Below are positions 60,951-64,000 of a stretch of DNA of 64,000 nucleotides, one piece after another. Position numbers and translations under genes: made by a program. This stretch comes from Macrostomum lignano (Eukaryota), in the NCBI GenBank assembly GCA_002269645.1, contig NIVC01002482.1:1-64000 (forward strand), written 5' to 3'. The notes beneath the pieces are model-generated. The model did no database searches, had not been told where the DNA came from, and worked only from the letters and a program-made list of their open reading frames with translations. How positions within the stretch are numbered: position 1 is the stretch's first letter; every line of letters begins with the position of its first letter.

Positions 60951-63900
60951 GCGATGCTTCTTTGCAAGCAATGATTTTGCTTTAGAATGGTAGCAAACGC
61001 GCAACCAAATCATTGGTGCTTGCCATTCTAGAATTAGCATTGTTAGTAAATGCATGTAGATATTGAAATTCCAGTAAGCCCAATTGGTTCACTTAAAAAG
61101 CTTTACTGTTCTGCAACATTGAACCATCAAAGGTGCTAATATCGATCGAACAATGAAGAAAGATTAAATACTGGACTTGCCAATTTGCATGTAGCATACC
61201 AACAACGTTTAAGCAGGGACAAGTTGTCCATGCGTTTAAGCAAGTTCTGAAAAGCAAATTATACAGTTTGCTACTTATCTTTGCTACTGATCTACTTATC
61301 TTAGCTTAATTTGGCCTCGCGTCCCTTCCCTCGTCTTTCCTTTGACTTTCCTGGTCACTCTGGTCAGCAATCAGGCAATTATCGGTTAACCGAAGTGCGG
61401 AGCGAATGTATATGAAATTACTGTCAATCTCTCATTTCTCTCTAAGCTCTAACGTGACCCTTTCCGAACTCAGCGGGAATTCATCCTTATAAATACCTTT
61501 CCCATTAGACACGTGTTTCGCAAATTTCGCATGTTTTTCACACGTGTACAGTATTAAGCAACTTGCATCGATTCTCGCACAAACCAAAAAAGAGTAAAAT
61601 TGGAACAGCTACATCCCGCGGCCGGTGGAAAAATAGCTGATCGGGGCCACTGGCGACACTTGCCGCCATTGGCGGCAATTAACTCGATCCCTTGCATGGC
61701 GAGTGCCATACCACCAGCTGGAGGCCGACAGGAGGGCCCGCCCCGGGGGACAATCGTGGAAAGCCGCTGCTTTGCTTTCAAAGCTCATACCATATACATG
61801 TAAACCCGCCGTCGTCATAACGTGATCATAGCCATATAGTCATGATCATAGCATCATATCATCATACTCGTAGTCATGTCATGTAGTCATAGTGATCATA
61901 GTCAAATAGATCGTCATACCAAACCCCCTGTCCCCCGCGAAATAGTCGGGGGCCTTAACTTTTTAGTTTTTTTCCACCAAGTGTAACTGATCTTTCCAAA
62001 AGTCAAAACTTAAAGTCATTTCTCGCATGTGATGGGTTTCGAACTTCCGGCCTCCTTGTGGGGAAGCTTTCGGGCCTCAGATCTCAGAAATAAATCAATT
62101 AGAGTCCTGGCCCCCCACTCCTGTCAGATGGTCAGCCCCATGGTAGCTTGATCGTGTGGCGAGCAGTCTAGGTCCTATAGCTAAGAGAGGGACAGTGAGA
62201 GACGAGCAGGGAGAATTTTGAAAGTAGCTAATCCGCAGATCAACTAACTTGCTGCCACCAGCCCGTGCGCCCTGGCTCACCACACCGGGGCTCTCGAAAT
62301 CGGGCTTCCGACTAGAAGGGGCTTTGCACTTACCTGCCAACTAGTGTCTTTTTGCTGTCTATCTCGAAGTCATAGCCGATGAAAAGGGACACTGCTGGGA
62401 CTAGATCGCATTGGCCATGCAGGTACAGAGGGGACTCGTGCAGGGGATTCTTGCAGTGGCGAGACTATGGGGTAGCTACATGTACTATTCCATTGCTAAA
62501 TACGAAGAATTGTACTTTTGGCCTTCAACGCGCCAACTAGCCTCTCATAGCGCTGATGATAGACTAACTCGAACTTCAGAGACCGCATGATTCATTACCC
62601 GAGCCGCTTGGCGAACCTAGAGTGCACAAAGTACATCTCTGGCGCCGGTTTTGCACTATTGGCAATTTTGCTCATTGATTTGATAGATTGATCGACTGAG
62701 AACTGCCTTGCCATTGGTCCACTGTGACCGGCGCCTACTAGCTTAGCTACTCATCTGAGCCATCGGCGAACAAAGAAATAAAACCGATAAAAATAACTGT
62801 TAGATTTAACCTTCTCCTTAGATCACTTCACACTTCAGATTGAATTGGAGTTTAGACTACTAGCAGTATTATTGAATGACTTCTGCCTCAGCAACAGCAC
62901 TACTGAACAAAGTGAGCAAAAGTGTGCGCCTAATTCAGCTACTGAAACAGGGGACAGATAAGGAATCACCCAATCAAGCAAGTCTAGGCAGCCTCTCACC
63001 CAACCAATCAGAAACTCAACAGCCGGAGACCAGGTAATCCACAGCGACCGAATCGGCTTGATGCTTCGCAGCTGTAGACTCGGGATGATGCTGACACAAT
63101 CTTCGCAGATAGCTAGTGTTTTGATGGTTCATTCAATAAATTGAGTCTTCGCAGTAAGCGACTATTTTTCGGCTACTAGCCAACCGAACAAAACAACCAG
63201 CGTGCGCACTCTCTCTGGAGAGGCTGATAACTATATATTGCAATAATTTTAAATAAATGGGGTGGGTGCTGCTGAACATTATAAATGGGGGCTGGGGCTG
63301 AAACGTACGTATCAAAATCTCTGCTATGAAAGTTACGCGTAGGTGAATGAAAAGTACACTCGTACATGTAAGCCAACTCCTAAACATTCCCCCCTTCCTG
63401 ACAGAGCAATGTCAGCAACAAAGACCGGAAACACTGAACTTGAGTACCTAGTAACCGAACGGACAAACTATGACCATAGCAAAAAAAAACATACAACGCC
63501 TGGGAACAGCACGAGAAGCGTGAGGGCTCAAAAGAGCTCAAAAGCCAAACTGAAAAGATGTTTCGGCACCCGCCACCAAGACTCGCAAATGAAAACAATG
63601 AAAATGCGCAAGACCGCAAACTGAAATAAGTTACCACTAAACATAAAAAAATATAAAAATTTGCAACTCAGCTTAACTCGCAATTTTAATAAAGTCGAAA
63701 ATGGTTGACAGAAAAAACCCATCACCGTAACTTAACAGAAACTTCAAACAGCTCAAACTCAAAGGAAAAACAAATGCGCCAACTGCGCTCCAAAAAAATC
63801 TGATCCCAAAAAAAACCATGAACAAAAACAGACACAACCAATAATCAAAAAGGCAACGGCTTGAAAAGCCCAAAACTGGCAGAAAGCCTACTGAACGCAC

Positions 63901-64000
63901 ACGATACAGTACAAACAATTTGAAAACTCAGCGTAAACTCGGAAAAGTCCGGAAAAGAAAACAAACAGTTCTTAAGCAAATGATCAACTCCTCTCACTCG

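Noticed and set aside
63300-64000. A-rich region with short ORFs at the window end
   Set aside because: Could be the start of a retroelement or a UTR, but there is no diagnostic motif within the window.

Overview
Eukaryotic (animal) genomic DNA, not prokaryotic: spliceosomal GT-AG genes with GC-rich exons sit in a matrix of minisatellites, tRNA-derived SINEs and MITEs. The style suggests a flatworm such as Macrostomum; this is inference only. Gene models rebuilt by hand from splice signals, reading phase and protein motifs: (1) 3' part of a voltage-gated Ca2+ channel alpha2delta subunit (+, 12 exons, 72-11787); (2) a RING/B-box/B-box/coiled-coil TRIM with a TQT-motif/polyQ tail (+, 4 exons, 14401-20358); (3) an intronless ankyrin-repeat ORF (+, 24067-25155); (4) a Rac/Cdc42-like Rho GTPase (-, 27631-28510); (5) a possible C-type-lectin terminal exon; (6) a neuropeptide precursor with nine ASYIRMamide copies (+, 38444-39060); (7) a tetraspanin (+, 46396-49637) with one phase-discordant junction; (8) an orphan secreted precursor made of tandemly duplicated acidic-propeptide/KR/cationic modules (+, 52586-54209); (9) a fragment of a basic low-complexity protein (-). 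Mobile DNA: three CORE-like SINEs, two hAT-type MITEs with 8-bp TSDs, other foldback elements, and Crypton-like and RTE-like relics. About 20 tandem arrays explain most long ORFs in the track. Best leads: the antimicrobial-peptide-like multi-module precursor, the YIRM-amide precursor, the TRIM with a multivalent LC8-type tail, and a dense AP-1/CRE/CCAAT/TATA promoter inside the TRIM intron. No database searches were run.
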